Notes: generated by a model not told the origin, from the sequence alone. A stretch of DNA of 32,000 nt from Ruminococcus albus 7 = DSM 20455 (GCF_000179635.2 NC_014833.1:3570001-3602000), one strand, 5' to 3'; counted from the stretch's first letter, positions 16,720 through 25,415 are shown. Numbers and translations are program-made.

Positions 16720-17760
16720 ATCAACTATAATTACAGGAGCAACTTTCTTCCGATCATCAATCTATTAGGACTTTGCATATCGTTTGGCATTATCGGAATT
16801 ATTTCAAGCATATATGATTTTCTGGATGATGACTCAATGTTTTCGATAATAATAACACTTAGCCCTGTATGGTTTGGTATTATATGGATTTCCTGCTATT
16901 TTCTGTTCTGCTATTTGCCCGTAGAAATGGTTGCAGAGGAAAACACATTGACAGTCAAGGTTCTTTTCAGGAAAACCGTTATAAGATATCCCGATATTGA
17001 AAGCATTAGTATAGACCACGAGTTCAAAAAGGCAGAACTGCGCGGCGAACATGACGGGTATTATGAGATACTGAAAATAACCGATATCAATAAAAAGGAA
17101 TATGTATATTTCCGAAAACTCGAACTGGATCAGGACGAGATAGCCAAAGACCCCACACTTCTTACGGAACAGTTTGAAAAAAGTGAGTTTTCTCAGCTGA
17201 AAACCTACATTGAAGAACACACTCCTATCATGCTGGCTGAAAGCGGATATCGTGAAGAAAATGGCATGAAAGAAAACTATGCATATTTTTATAACAATAA
17301 CAAAAGAATAATTATATTCTTAGTATGTACGTTTTCAATGATCATCATACCATGCCTGATCGCCGTAGCCATAAATAATCTGGACGGTGTACTGTTGGCA
17401 TTTATAATATTTAATCTGATACTGATCGGAATGATAATCTTGGCGAATCCGCCTTCAAGCTTTGACGCCGATGATAAACAGGTCAAATTCTCTTGCCTCG
17501 GCAGAAAAACGACCATCAGATATGCTGATATAGAAAAGCTGAAACTCGAACACAGCTATTATGACCGCATCATAAAATCGGGTGAAAAACGCTACGTTGA
17601 GACACTGACCATATCCACAAAAGATATAAACTACGTTTTTTCCGCTAAAATGTATATCGACTATGACAGATCAGCCCAAAACCCAGCACTCTTGACAAAA
17701 CAGTTTGAGGACAGCAAATTCTCGCAATTAAAGCGTTATATCGAGGAACAAATGAAATGA
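16714..17760 (+). CDS. Array modules 3a plus 3b: two complete two-TM/PH-like modules fused in one ORF
   Basis: Module 3a (MKINYNYRS...LKTYIEEH) is a close paralog of module 1. A linker TPIMLAESGYREENG follows. Module 3b begins MKENYAYFY at 17266 and has its own two TM helices, FDADDKQVKF...IRYADIEKLKL and FSQLKRYIEEQMK. Confidence 0.8.
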   Translation: MKINYNYRSNFLPIINLLGLCISFGIIGIISSIYDFLDDDSMFSIIITLSPVWFGIIWISCYFLFCYLPVEMVAEENTLTVKVLFRKTVIRYPDIESISIDHEFKKAELRGEHDGYYEILKITDINKKEYVYFRKLELDQDEIAKDPTLLTEQFEKSEFSQLKTYIEEHTPIMLAESGYREENGMKENYAYFYNNNKRIIIFLVCTFSMIIIPCLIAVAINNLDGVLLAFIIFNLILIGMIILANPPSSFDADDKQVKFSCLGRKTTIRYADIEKLKLEHSYYDRIIKSGEKRYVETLTISTKDINYVFSAKMYIDYDRSAQNPALLTKQFEDSKFSQLKRYIEEQMK

Positions 17761-18230
17761 AAGAAAAATACAACTATGATAATATCAGCGGCGACTATAA
17801 CGGCTACGGCTGTCTTGCGTTTATGGCAGTGGCATTTTTCGGGGCAGCGCATATGTTGCGCACGCCTGATGACAACAATATACTGCTGTATATAGCGGGC
17901 GCTCTTTTTCTGGTACTGTTCGTTTTCTACAAAGGCTACCCTTTCGGGTACTGCTTTTTTGAAGCGGGTGAAAGTTCCGTGACATTTACAAGGCTTTTCA
18001 AAAAACAGACCATCGAGTATTCTTCCATAAAAAGTATAGATATAGATACCGAACTGCGCAAGATGTGGTTCAGAGGGAAAGAGTACAGGCATTATGCCGA
18101 AAGGATCATTTTCCACTGTGATGACGGCGAACATATCTTCGCACTGAAACACAGCAGCGAAAACGAGCCTGAACTCACGAACAGTCAGTTTACAAGGCTG
18201 AAAGCATTTATTGAGGAGAACATGGCATGA
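17757..18230 (+). CDS. Array module 4: two-TM/PH-like paralog
   Basis: MKEKYNYDN..., two TM helices, FEAGESSVTFTRLFKKQTIEYSSIKSIDID, IIFHCDDGEHIFA and FTRLKAFIEENMA. ATGA overlap with the upstream gene. Confidence 0.8.
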   Translation: MKEKYNYDNISGDYNGYGCLAFMAVAFFGAAHMLRTPDDNNILLYIAGALFLVLFVFYKGYPFGYCFFEAGESSVTFTRLFKKQTIEYSSIKSIDIDTELRKMWFRGKEYRHYAERIIFHCDDGEHIFALKHSSENEPELTNSQFTRLKAFIEENMA

Positions 18231-18742
18231 AAGAAGATTACAATTACGTTTTTGCAAGCAAGGAAGATGGTCCGGTAATGGGCTGTTTGGTGACAATGGT
18301 CATCTTTGGCGTTCCATTGATGATCGTTGCGCTGACCGATGACACTATGATCGGCACGCTGTTCTTTATTCTGGTCTTTGCCATAGTGCTTGTCATACTG
18401 TATACATGCAAGGCGAGTTTTTCTGCAGATGAACACACCGTAACTTTTCGCTATCTGTTGAAAAAAACAGTTATAGCCTATGAAAACATCAAAAGCATAG
18501 AAGTAAAGGCAGAATACCGCGAGGACCGCGGAAAATGGATCAACAGGTATTATGCAGAAGTCATAACATTCCACTGTGCAGACGGAAAGGACTATACTTT
18601 CGCAGGCAAGCTGGATACTGACTTTGAAGAGATACTCAAAGACCCGTCCTATCTGCAAAAGCTGACGGAGAACAGCAAGTTTACAAGGCTGAAACACTAC
18701 ATCGAGGATCGCACCCCGATCTTCAACGCCGAAACAATATAA
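18227..18742 (+). CDS. Array module 5: two-TM/PH-like paralog
   Basis: MKEDYNYVF..., two TM helices, FSADEHTVTFRYLLKKTVIAYENIKSIEV, ITFHCADGKDYTFAG and FTRLKHYIEDRTPIF. ATGA overlap with the upstream gene. Confidence 0.8.
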   Translation: MKEDYNYVFASKEDGPVMGCLVTMVIFGVPLMIVALTDDTMIGTLFFILVFAIVLVILYTCKASFSADEHTVTFRYLLKKTVIAYENIKSIEVKAEYREDRGKWINRYYAEVITFHCADGKDYTFAGKLDTDFEEILKDPSYLQKLTENSKFTRLKHYIEDRTPIFNAETI

Positions 18743-18868
18743 ATACATTAAAGAATAATACAGATACAAAAACAGCAGCTACGGCTCAGGCATATTTTCG
18801 GTGATACTGCTGCTTGTGCTGCTGACAGGCTGTGCGAAACTCGCGACTGATGGTAACGAAAGGATATC

Positions 18869-19870
18869 ATGAAAAGAAAATATGAATTCAAAGGCAGGGG
18901 CAGATGGACGACCGTAGTATCGGTCATATTGTTTATACCATTAATGGTCTGGTTCGTGCTGGCTGCCGTATATGACAGCGTTGCTGCAATGGGTCTGTGG
19001 CTGCTGACGCTCATATGTTTCATCGCCATAGATCTGACTATCCCCTGTTATTACGATGCGGGAGATACTTCGGTAACTTTCAGCATACTCGGCAAAAAGA
19101 CCCGTATCGACTACTGCGACATACAGTCTGTGGAAATCAGTTACAGCGAGAACAGAACATCTGTAGATAAGACGATAACCTTTGTGTTCCCTTTTGAAAA
19201 GCTTGTTATACAGACCTATACAAAACGGTATGTATTCTGTGCAAAGCTGAGAGACTTCAGCGGCAGGGGCTGTATGGCTGAACTCAAAGACTATATCGAC
19301 GAGCGGATAGGCTTGAAAGAGTACATATCGTCTATTTGCCCGGAAGATGTACAGATAAGCAATGGTATAAAAGGAAAATTCAGGCACACATCTTTGGCGA
19401 TATATTTGTTTACACTGCCGATGTTAGGATCATTGTTCCTTGCAGAGTACGCAGTTATCGCTGAGATACCATACAGCGAATTCGGCTTATATCTGGGTAT
19501 TTTCCTGCTGAGCTGTATTGGTCTGCTGCTTTCGCTATATGCGCCGTTCCGCTTTGAGGCTGATGAAAGCAGTGTGGTTTTCAAAGAGCTTATCCCGCCC
19601 CGAAAGCGAAGGATATACTACTCCGATATAAAAAGCATTGAGCTTACAAGAGAGTATATCAACTCACGGGGCGAATCACGGATAGAGGAAACTATCATTT
19701 TTCATCTGTCAGGCGGTTCGGTAAGATACACGCAGGATAATATAGGTATAGACCTGCGGAAATGCAGTGATCAACTCAGCGAGATAAGGGATGAATTAAA
19801 CAACAGTTTATTTTCGCATTTAAAGCGATACATAGAAAGTAAAATGGAATACCCCAAGGAGGTAAATTAA
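18869..19870 (+). CDS. Array modules 6a plus 6b: divergent double-module paralog
   Basis: MKRKYEFKG..., two TM helices, YDAGDTSVTFSILGKKTRIDYCDIQSVEI and LKDYIDERIG. A second pair of TM helices follows, then FEADESSVVFKEL...RIYYSDIKSIEL, IIFHLSGG and FSHLKRYIESKM. Confidence 0.75.
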   Translation: MKRKYEFKGRGRWTTVVSVILFIPLMVWFVLAAVYDSVAAMGLWLLTLICFIAIDLTIPCYYDAGDTSVTFSILGKKTRIDYCDIQSVEISYSENRTSVDKTITFVFPFEKLVIQTYTKRYVFCAKLRDFSGRGCMAELKDYIDERIGLKEYISSICPEDVQISNGIKGKFRHTSLAIYLFTLPMLGSLFLAEYAVIAEIPYSEFGLYLGIFLLSCIGLLLSLYAPFRFEADESSVVFKELIPPRKRRIYYSDIKSIELTREYINSRGESRIEETIIFHLSGGSVRYTQDNIGIDLRKCSDQLSEIRDELNNSLFSHLKRYIESKMEYPKEVN

Positions 19871-19871
19871 A

Positions 19872-20744
19872 ATGTCAAAAATAAAGATCATGACAGATTC
19901 AGCCAGCGACATCTCTATCGAGAACGAGAAGAAGTACGAAATTCACGTAGTACCATTCAAGATGAGCATGGGTGATAAAAGCTACACCAGCCGCGTGGAT
20001 TTCGACAACGAGAAGTTCTACAAAATGATGGACGAGTATGACGGCATACCACTGACATCGCAGATAACTGCCTTTGAATTCGCAGAGAATTACAAGGAGC
20101 TTTACAATGCAGGTTATACCGATGTTATCTATGTCAGCATAAACTCAAAGGGTTCTGCCACATACAACAATTCCGTCATGGCAGTTGAGCAGTTTTATGA
20201 GGAAGTACCCGAAGCAAAGGGCAAGTTCAATATCATCAATATCGACGGCAAGGGCTACACAGGCGGTTACGGCTATGCAGTGGTAGAAGCTGCCAAGAAA
20301 GCGCAGAAAGGCGCATCTGTAAGCGAGATAGAATCCTTTATCCGCGATTGGGTGGATAACTGCGTTATATTCTTCGGAATGTATTCTCTGCAATATGCCA
20401 AGAAATCAGGACGTATCCCCGCGGCAGCTGCATTCGTGGGTGAGATAATGGGTCTCCGCCCTGTATCCCGCATACAGCATAATCAGATAACCACCGAAGC
20501 CAAGGTACGCGGTGACAAGGCACTTATCCCCAAGATAATCGAACTCACCGCAGGCGAACAGATACCCAAGACACCTTACTGCGTCGTATACGGCAACGAT
20601 ACCGAAGTCCGTGACGAGATGATACAGGCTATGACCAAAAAGCTGGGCTATCCCCCTGCCGATACTTACCAGATAGGTTCTGAGATAGCAGTAAACGCAG
20701 GTCCAAAGGTCATCGGAATTATATTCAAGTCACAGAACAAGTGA
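19872..20744 (+). CDS. DegV-family fatty-acid-binding protein
   Basis: IKIMTDSASDISIE...VVPFKM..GDKSY...and the overall 290-aa layout are typical of the DegV family. An AAGGAGG RBS sits in the last codons of the preceding array gene (1-nt gap), so the two are co-transcribed. Confidence 0.85.
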   Translation: MSKIKIMTDSASDISIENEKKYEIHVVPFKMSMGDKSYTSRVDFDNEKFYKMMDEYDGIPLTSQITAFEFAENYKELYNAGYTDVIYVSINSKGSATYNNSVMAVEQFYEEVPEAKGKFNIINIDGKGYTGGYGYAVVEAAKKAQKGASVSEIESFIRDWVDNCVIFFGMYSLQYAKKSGRIPAAAAFVGEIMGLRPVSRIQHNQITTEAKVRGDKALIPKIIELTAGEQIPKTPYCVVYGNDTEVRDEMIQAMTKKLGYPPADTYQIGSEIAVNAGPKVIGIIFKSQNK

Positions 20745-20758
20745 TATCATAATACTTC

Positions 20759-20788
20759 GGAGCTGTTTTACTGACAGCTCCTTTTTTA
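20759..20788 (+). terminator. Rho-independent terminator after the DegV-family gene
   Basis: ggagctgt / tttactg / acagctcc followed by tttttt. Confidence 0.75.
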
Positions 20789-20799
20789 TGCCTGTAAAT

Positions 20800-20830
20800 A
20801 GAAAAGCGGACAACACAGTATGCTGTCCGC
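20800..20830 (-). terminator. Rho-independent terminator after ptsI
   Basis: The minus strand reads gcggaca / gcatactgtgt / tgtccgc followed by ttttct. Confidence 0.65.
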
Positions 20831-20849
20831 CCGTATCAGCGATCATATA

Positions 20850-22523
20850 TCAGTAGTGAAGTACACGCTGAATATTGCTGTGTACCTGTCGCCTGTCACT
20901 AAGGTTCAGACTGCGTATCATACGCCTTACAGGAAGTATCTGCGGAGGTGCAACGGATAAGGAATCCAGCTGCATATCCAGCAGTATCTCCGTCAGTGAA
21001 AGGTCTGCACCCATTTCACCGCACAGACACACCTTTACTCCCCTGCTGTGAGCATTATCCACCACCAGCTTTATCATCCTGAGTACCGCCAGATGATTGG
21101 GCGGCACCACGTTCTCATAGTTGGGGTTCTGCCTGTCTATCGCAAGTGTGTACTGCTCAAGGTCATTGGTGCCTATGCTGAAAAAGTCAACCTCTCTCGC
21201 CAGCAGATCACTTATCATAACTGCCGCAGGAGTTTCTATCATAACACCCAGCTCCACATCTTCACCGAATGCGATATGCTTGCTTATCAGCTCATCTTTG
21301 ACCTTGTGTATTATATCCTTTACACGGTACACCTCATCAACATCTATTACCATAGGTATCAGTATCGAAAGCTTACCGTATGCCGAAGCCCTTAGCAACG
21401 CCCTCAGCTGGGTCTTGAATATGTCCTGCCTTCGCAGACACAGCCTTACAGCCCTCATTCCCAGTGCGGGATTTTCCTCCTTGTCAAGGCAGAAATAGTC
21501 AGCCGTCTTATCAGCACCGATATCCAGTGTACGTATGACTACACGCTTGCCTTTCATATCCTCTACGACTCTGCGGTAGTTATAGAAAAGCTCCTCCTCA
21601 TCAGGGAAACTGTCCCTCTGCAGATACAGAAACTCCGATCTTAGCAGACCAACTCCGCCCGCATCGTTTTCTATAGCAGATTCAAGATCGGCAAGACCGC
21701 CTATATTGGCATATACCTCTATCTCTCTGCCGTCGCGAGTAACGTTGCGCCTGCCCTTCAGCCGCTGAAGAAGCTCCTTCTTGCGTTCTTCTTCCTCTTC
21801 ACGCCTTGCCAGCTTGATCTGAGTTTCTTTATCGGGTTCTATATATATAACTCCGTCAAAGCCGTCAACTATGGCAAACCGACCGTCATAGTCCTCCAGC
21901 CTCACATCACCCAGACCTATCAGTGCAGGTATGTTCATCGTCCTTGCAAGTATAGCCGTATGCGAATTTGTCGAACCGCCCATGGTACAGAATGCTGCCA
22001 CCTTGGATTTATCCAGCACTGCTGTTTCACTCGGCAGAAGATCCTCCGCACATATTATGGATATATCGTCCAGCACGAACTCTTTAGCCGAAAGGTTCTG
22101 CAGCTGCCTTATGAGCCTCTCGGATGCATCATATACATCCGCTGAACGCTCCCTGATATACTCCGAATCCCCCTGCCGCATCAGATCAGCCAGCGTCTGC
22201 GAAGTCTTTGCCACTGCATATTCGGCATTCAGCTTCTCATCGAATATCAGCCCTCTTACACCGCGCTCGTACTGACTGTCATTGAGTATCAGCTGGTGTA
22301 TATAGAAGATATCAGCGTCTGCTTCACCTATCTCCTCAGCCGTTCTTTCTCTCAGCAGCCTCAGTTCTTCAACCGCACCATCCTTGGCGTTCATATATCT
22401 GTCCCATTCTTTTTCGGGATCATTTATCTTGATCTTAGTAACGTTGACACAGTCACGCTGATAAAAGCTAATTATGCCTCTAGCAATGCCACCGTATACA
22501 GATCTGCCTCTCAGTGTGACCAT
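20850..22523 (-). CDS. ptsI: Phosphoenolpyruvate-protein phosphotransferase (PTS enzyme I)
   Basis: Phospho-histidine region GGSTNSHTAILARTMNIPALIG and a PEP-utilising TIM-barrel C-terminus (FFSIGTNDLEQYTLAIDR, CGEMGAD). Start set at MVTLRG (GGAGGTG RBS 8 nt upstream) rather than the ORF-track ATG at 22544. Confidence 0.9.
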   Translation of the reverse strand: MVTLRGRSVYGGIARGIISFYQRDCVNVTKIKINDPEKEWDRYMNAKDGAVEELRLLRERTAEEIGEADADIFYIHQLILNDSQYERGVRGLIFDEKLNAEYAVAKTSQTLADLMRQGDSEYIRERSADVYDASERLIRQLQNLSAKEFVLDDISIICAEDLLPSETAVLDKSKVAAFCTMGGSTNSHTAILARTMNIPALIGLGDVRLEDYDGRFAIVDGFDGVIYIEPDKETQIKLARREEEEERKKELLQRLKGRRNVTRDGREIEVYANIGGLADLESAIENDAGGVGLLRSEFLYLQRDSFPDEEELFYNYRRVVEDMKGKRVVIRTLDIGADKTADYFCLDKEENPALGMRAVRLCLRRQDIFKTQLRALLRASAYGKLSILIPMVIDVDEVYRVKDIIHKVKDELISKHIAFGEDVELGVMIETPAAVMISDLLAREVDFFSIGTNDLEQYTLAIDRQNPNYENVVPPNHLAVLRMIKLVVDNAHSRGVKVCLCGEMGADLSLTEILLDMQLDSLSVAPPQILPVRRMIRSLNLSDRRQVHSNIQRVLHY

Positions 22524-22768
22524 AGCATTGTCACCTCCGTTCATTTCGTAAAAAGGTCGTAACTCTACATATTAATTATAACACATTCACGTTAGGTTAA
22601 AAAGGCTGGTTTGATTTGTTTACATTATCGACATACTTTTCGGCATTCTTAAAAGTTTTCAAACTATTTTTTTGTTTGATTTAGCTAATTTTATAAGTGA
22701 ATTATTTACATTCACACGAGCATTTAATGCTTTCTCGCGGTATATACGCAATTTTGTGCCGCGGTGTC

Positions 22769-22797
22769 TTTACTTTTGCTTAAAGATATGTTATAAT
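22769..22797 (+). promoter_or_regulatory. Putative promoter of cbiB
   Basis: TTTACT, then 17 nt, then TATAAT, with a TGt extended -10 element. Confidence 0.45.
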
Positions 22798-22866
22798 AAC
22801 TGTGTGTGACAAAACTTAGTTTTCGCCGCGCATGATATGCGGCGGTCAACGGGGAGAAATAAGTCT

Positions 22867-23856
22867 ATGATGATAATGAATTCATTGTGTGCGCTTGCTT
22901 TTGGCTTTGCACTGGATATGATGATCGGTGATCCGAAAAACCGGTTCTATCCTACCGAGATTGTCAGGCGCATGGTGAAAAAACTGGAAAATATACTAAA
23001 AAATGCATACCTCGATTCACCTGATGCACAGAATATGGCAGGTATAATGCTGGTTGTTATGACACTGCTGATATGTATGGGTTCGAGTATTGCTCTGCTG
23101 CTGCTATGCTATAAGCTCAATGTGATAGTCGGCATCATCGCTGAGGGTCTGCTCTGCTGGATGTCCATATCGGGAAGATCCATGCGTCATGGTCTTATGG
23201 GTGTTTTTCGTGCAGTAAGGGCTGACAATGCCGGTGGTGCACGCAGATACCTCAGGCAGATAACTGACCGTGACGTTGATCACATGGATCCTGCTGCCTG
23301 CGCAAAATGTGCAGTTGAAACAGCTTCAGAAAATGCAGTGGATATGCTGGTAGGTCCTATATTCTGGGCTTGTCTTTTCGGCGGACCGGGAGCAGTCTTC
23401 TGCCGCGTGATAAATATTATGGATAATACAGTCGGCTTCAAGGACAATGAGAATATCCACTTCGGAAAGGTCGCTGCAAAGCTGGATGACATCGTCATGT
23501 TCATCCCTGCAAGGCTCGCAGCCGCTTTCATGCGCTGGGATGCAGCTTTTCTCAGGCTTGATAAGAAAAATGCTCAGGAGATATACTTCCGCGATAAGCG
23601 CCGTCTGCCAAGCCCAAATTCGGGCTGCACCATGTCAGTTGCTGCAGGGGCGCTGGATATACAGCTTGGCGGCGATGAGATAAGGAACGGAGTACTGACC
23701 AGACGTCAGCGCATAGGCGATGCACTCCACCCCGTTTCAGCAGACGAAGTATTCTGGATAAACCAGCTGCTGACAGGCACAGGCGCATCAGCCATGCTTT
23801 TTGCCATAGTTATGCGCGTTGCAGCTTATATACTGACAACACTGCTGATAAAGTAA
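22867..23856 (+). CDS. cbiB: Adenosylcobinamide-phosphate synthase (CobD/CbiB family)
   Basis: N-terminus LCALAFGFALDMMIGDPKNRFYPTEIVRRMV and a polytopic layout, typical of CbiB. Start set at MMIMNS (GGGGAGA RBS 9 nt upstream) instead of ATG 22837. Confidence 0.8.
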   Translation: MMIMNSLCALAFGFALDMMIGDPKNRFYPTEIVRRMVKKLENILKNAYLDSPDAQNMAGIMLVVMTLLICMGSSIALLLLCYKLNVIVGIIAEGLLCWMSISGRSMRHGLMGVFRAVRADNAGGARRYLRQITDRDVDHMDPAACAKCAVETASENAVDMLVGPIFWACLFGGPGAVFCRVINIMDNTVGFKDNENIHFGKVAAKLDDIVMFIPARLAAAFMRWDAAFLRLDKKNAQEIYFRDKRRLPSPNSGCTMSVAAGALDIQLGGDEIRNGVLTRRQRIGDALHPVSADEVFWINQLLTGTGASAMLFAIVMRVAAYILTTLLIK

Positions 23857-23877
23857 ATCCTAACTGCAGAGAATTTC

Positions 23878-23923
23878 AGCCATAGTATTTCTGATATGCA
23901 TTCGGAAGTACTATGGCTTTTTG
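23878..23923 (+). terminator. Terminator hairpin after cbiB; one of two copies of a shared hairpin (see 28257-28302)
   Basis: agccatagta / 21-nt loop / tactatggct followed by ttttt. Confidence 0.7.
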
Positions 23924-23981
23924 ATTTAATGGCATTGATGATCTTACGGATCCCTGCCCGGAGATCTTTCAGCTAGCAATC

Positions 23982-24021
23982 AAAGCCCCCCGAGAATTTT
24001 ATAATGCTCGAGGGGCTTTTT
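23982..24021. terminator. Second hairpin in the convergent gap, usable from either strand
   Basis: aaagccccccgag / loop / ctcgaggggcttt followed by tttt on the plus strand. The minus strand has tttg after the stem. Confidence 0.6.
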
Positions 24022-24031
24022 CGTATTGGTT

Positions 24032-24814
24032 TTATTTTCGTTTTATCTTGTCGATATTGCCTTTTATATTCTCACGGATATTTCCAACGCTTAGTTTCTC
24101 GCGGAATTCCCTGTACCTTTCAAGGCTGTTATGCAGTGTATCGGAAAATCTCAGGGGTATGAAGAAATGTGCAACACCGCCCCTCGTCTTTTCACGGAAG
24201 GATTCTATCTGTGCACGTAGTTCATCTATCTTTACTATGATATTATGTTCCCTTGCAAATTCTGCAATATTCACTATATTGTTGATAGATATAGCCAGGT
24301 CAATAAAGAACACTCCGTAATACAGCCCCACAAAGAATGTAAACTGCAGGTTTTTGATCAACAGCTCTACAGTATGGGTTATGGGCGGATCAAGGAAAAA
24401 GCAGTAACCGAAACTCAGCAGCAGCCAGAAAAAGCTGTACATCGGGCAGATTATGCCTTTTATATTGCCCCAGAACTGCGTATAATCCCAAAGCATTATC
24501 TTCAGCTTGACAATGAATATCAGTCCCGTGAAGTATTCCAGGACGGTTATACAGGCTGCCATGATGACGAACAGCACAGCCTTCCTTGTATAGTTATCGT
24601 CTATAGGTATAAACCGTTCTATCTGCCGCAGCCAGAACAAAAGCAGCAGTGCAAATCCGTAAAGCGGGAGATAAGGTCCCGTCAGAAATCCCGGGTTCAG
24701 CCATTTTCGCTCAACATTAACGGGGTCGAAAAATTTTCGGTAGAAAAATTCCAGCACCCAGCCTATCATGCTGCCCAGGGCAAACAGGTAAGCGGTCTGT
24801 ATAAAAGGCAGCAT
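24032..24814 (-). CDS. Polytopic membrane protein (resembles the so-called putative ABC-transporter type IV / DUF1113 family)
   Basis: 260 aa. N-terminus FALGSMIGWVLEFFYRKF...NPGFLTGPYLPLYGF plus about 6 TM helices and a charged C-terminal tail. AGGAGG RBS 6 nt upstream. The family name is from memory of the motif and is not verified. Confidence 0.55.
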   Translation of the reverse strand: MLPFIQTAYLFALGSMIGWVLEFFYRKFFDPVNVERKWLNPGFLTGPYLPLYGFALLLLFWLRQIERFIPIDDNYTRKAVLFVIMAACITVLEYFTGLIFIVKLKIMLWDYTQFWGNIKGIICPMYSFFWLLLSFGYCFFLDPPITHTVELLIKNLQFTFFVGLYYGVFFIDLAISINNIVNIAEFAREHNIIVKIDELRAQIESFREKTRGGVAHFFIPLRFSDTLHNSLERYREFREKLSVGNIRENIKGNIDKIKRK

Positions 24815-24875
24815 AAGTTACCTCCTAAGTAAATATCAAGTTTGTATCTCAGTTCAAGAAAATTATCAGTGTCAT

Positions 24876-25415
24876 TTACAAAGTCTTGTTTTCCCATTCG
24901 CCTCGCGTTATGGAGTATGCGTATGATATTCCGTTTTTCTCATCGGGATATTCCTTCACCTTTTTCATTCCATTCGCTATGGCTGTCTTATATGACGGGA
25001 TGTTTGTATATTTCATATAAGAATAAAGAGTATCATATGTGGTATTTGTAAAAGCCCAGTCCCGTACAGCCTGTGCAGCTTCCTTTCCAAGACCTCTTTG
25101 CCAGTACTTTTTATGCACATGGTAGCCTATCTCGGGAAGTTCTTCACCGTCGATATTCTGCAAGGTAATACCGCAGTCCCCTATCATCTCGCCTGTTTCT
25201 TTAAGTACCAGCGCCCACAGACCGAAACCGTACTTTTTGTAATTATTCAGATTCCACTCTATCCAGCCCCTGACCTTATCCTCGTCAAAAGGCTTGGGAT
25301 AGTGCGCCATAGTTTCCTCATCTGAGAGTATCTCATAAAGCGCATCAAAGTCATCGTGGGTATATTCTCTGAGTATAAGTCTTTTAGTTTCAATTATCAT
25401 ATCCGCATTGTCCAT
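24876..25415 (-). CDS. GNAT-family N-acetyltransferase (RimJ/RimL-like)
   Basis: IETKRLILREYTHDDFDALYEI...WALVLKETGEMIGDCGI...IGYHVHKKYWQRGLGKEAAQAV is the acetyl-CoA binding core. The start is uncertain: 25415 (MDNAD), 25400 (MIIE), or the TTG at 25460 used in the ORF track. Confidence 0.8.
   Translation of the reverse strand: MDNADMIIETKRLILREYTHDDFDALYEILSDEETMAHYPKPFDEDKVRGWIEWNLNNYKKYGFGLWALVLKETGEMIGDCGITLQNIDGEELPEIGYHVHKKYWQRGLGKEAAQAVRDWAFTNTTYDTLYSYMKYTNIPSYKTAIANGMKKVKEYPDEKNGISYAYSITRGEWENKTL

Noticed and set aside
22563-22866. Cobalamin riboswitch upstream of cbiB
   Set aside because: The region is A+T-rich. I could not find a B12-box-like GCCACTG core or the expected GC-rich multi-stem architecture. 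Only a short 6-bp hairpin (cgccgc...gcggcg) lies near 22825-22845. An Infernal scan would be needed to be certain.
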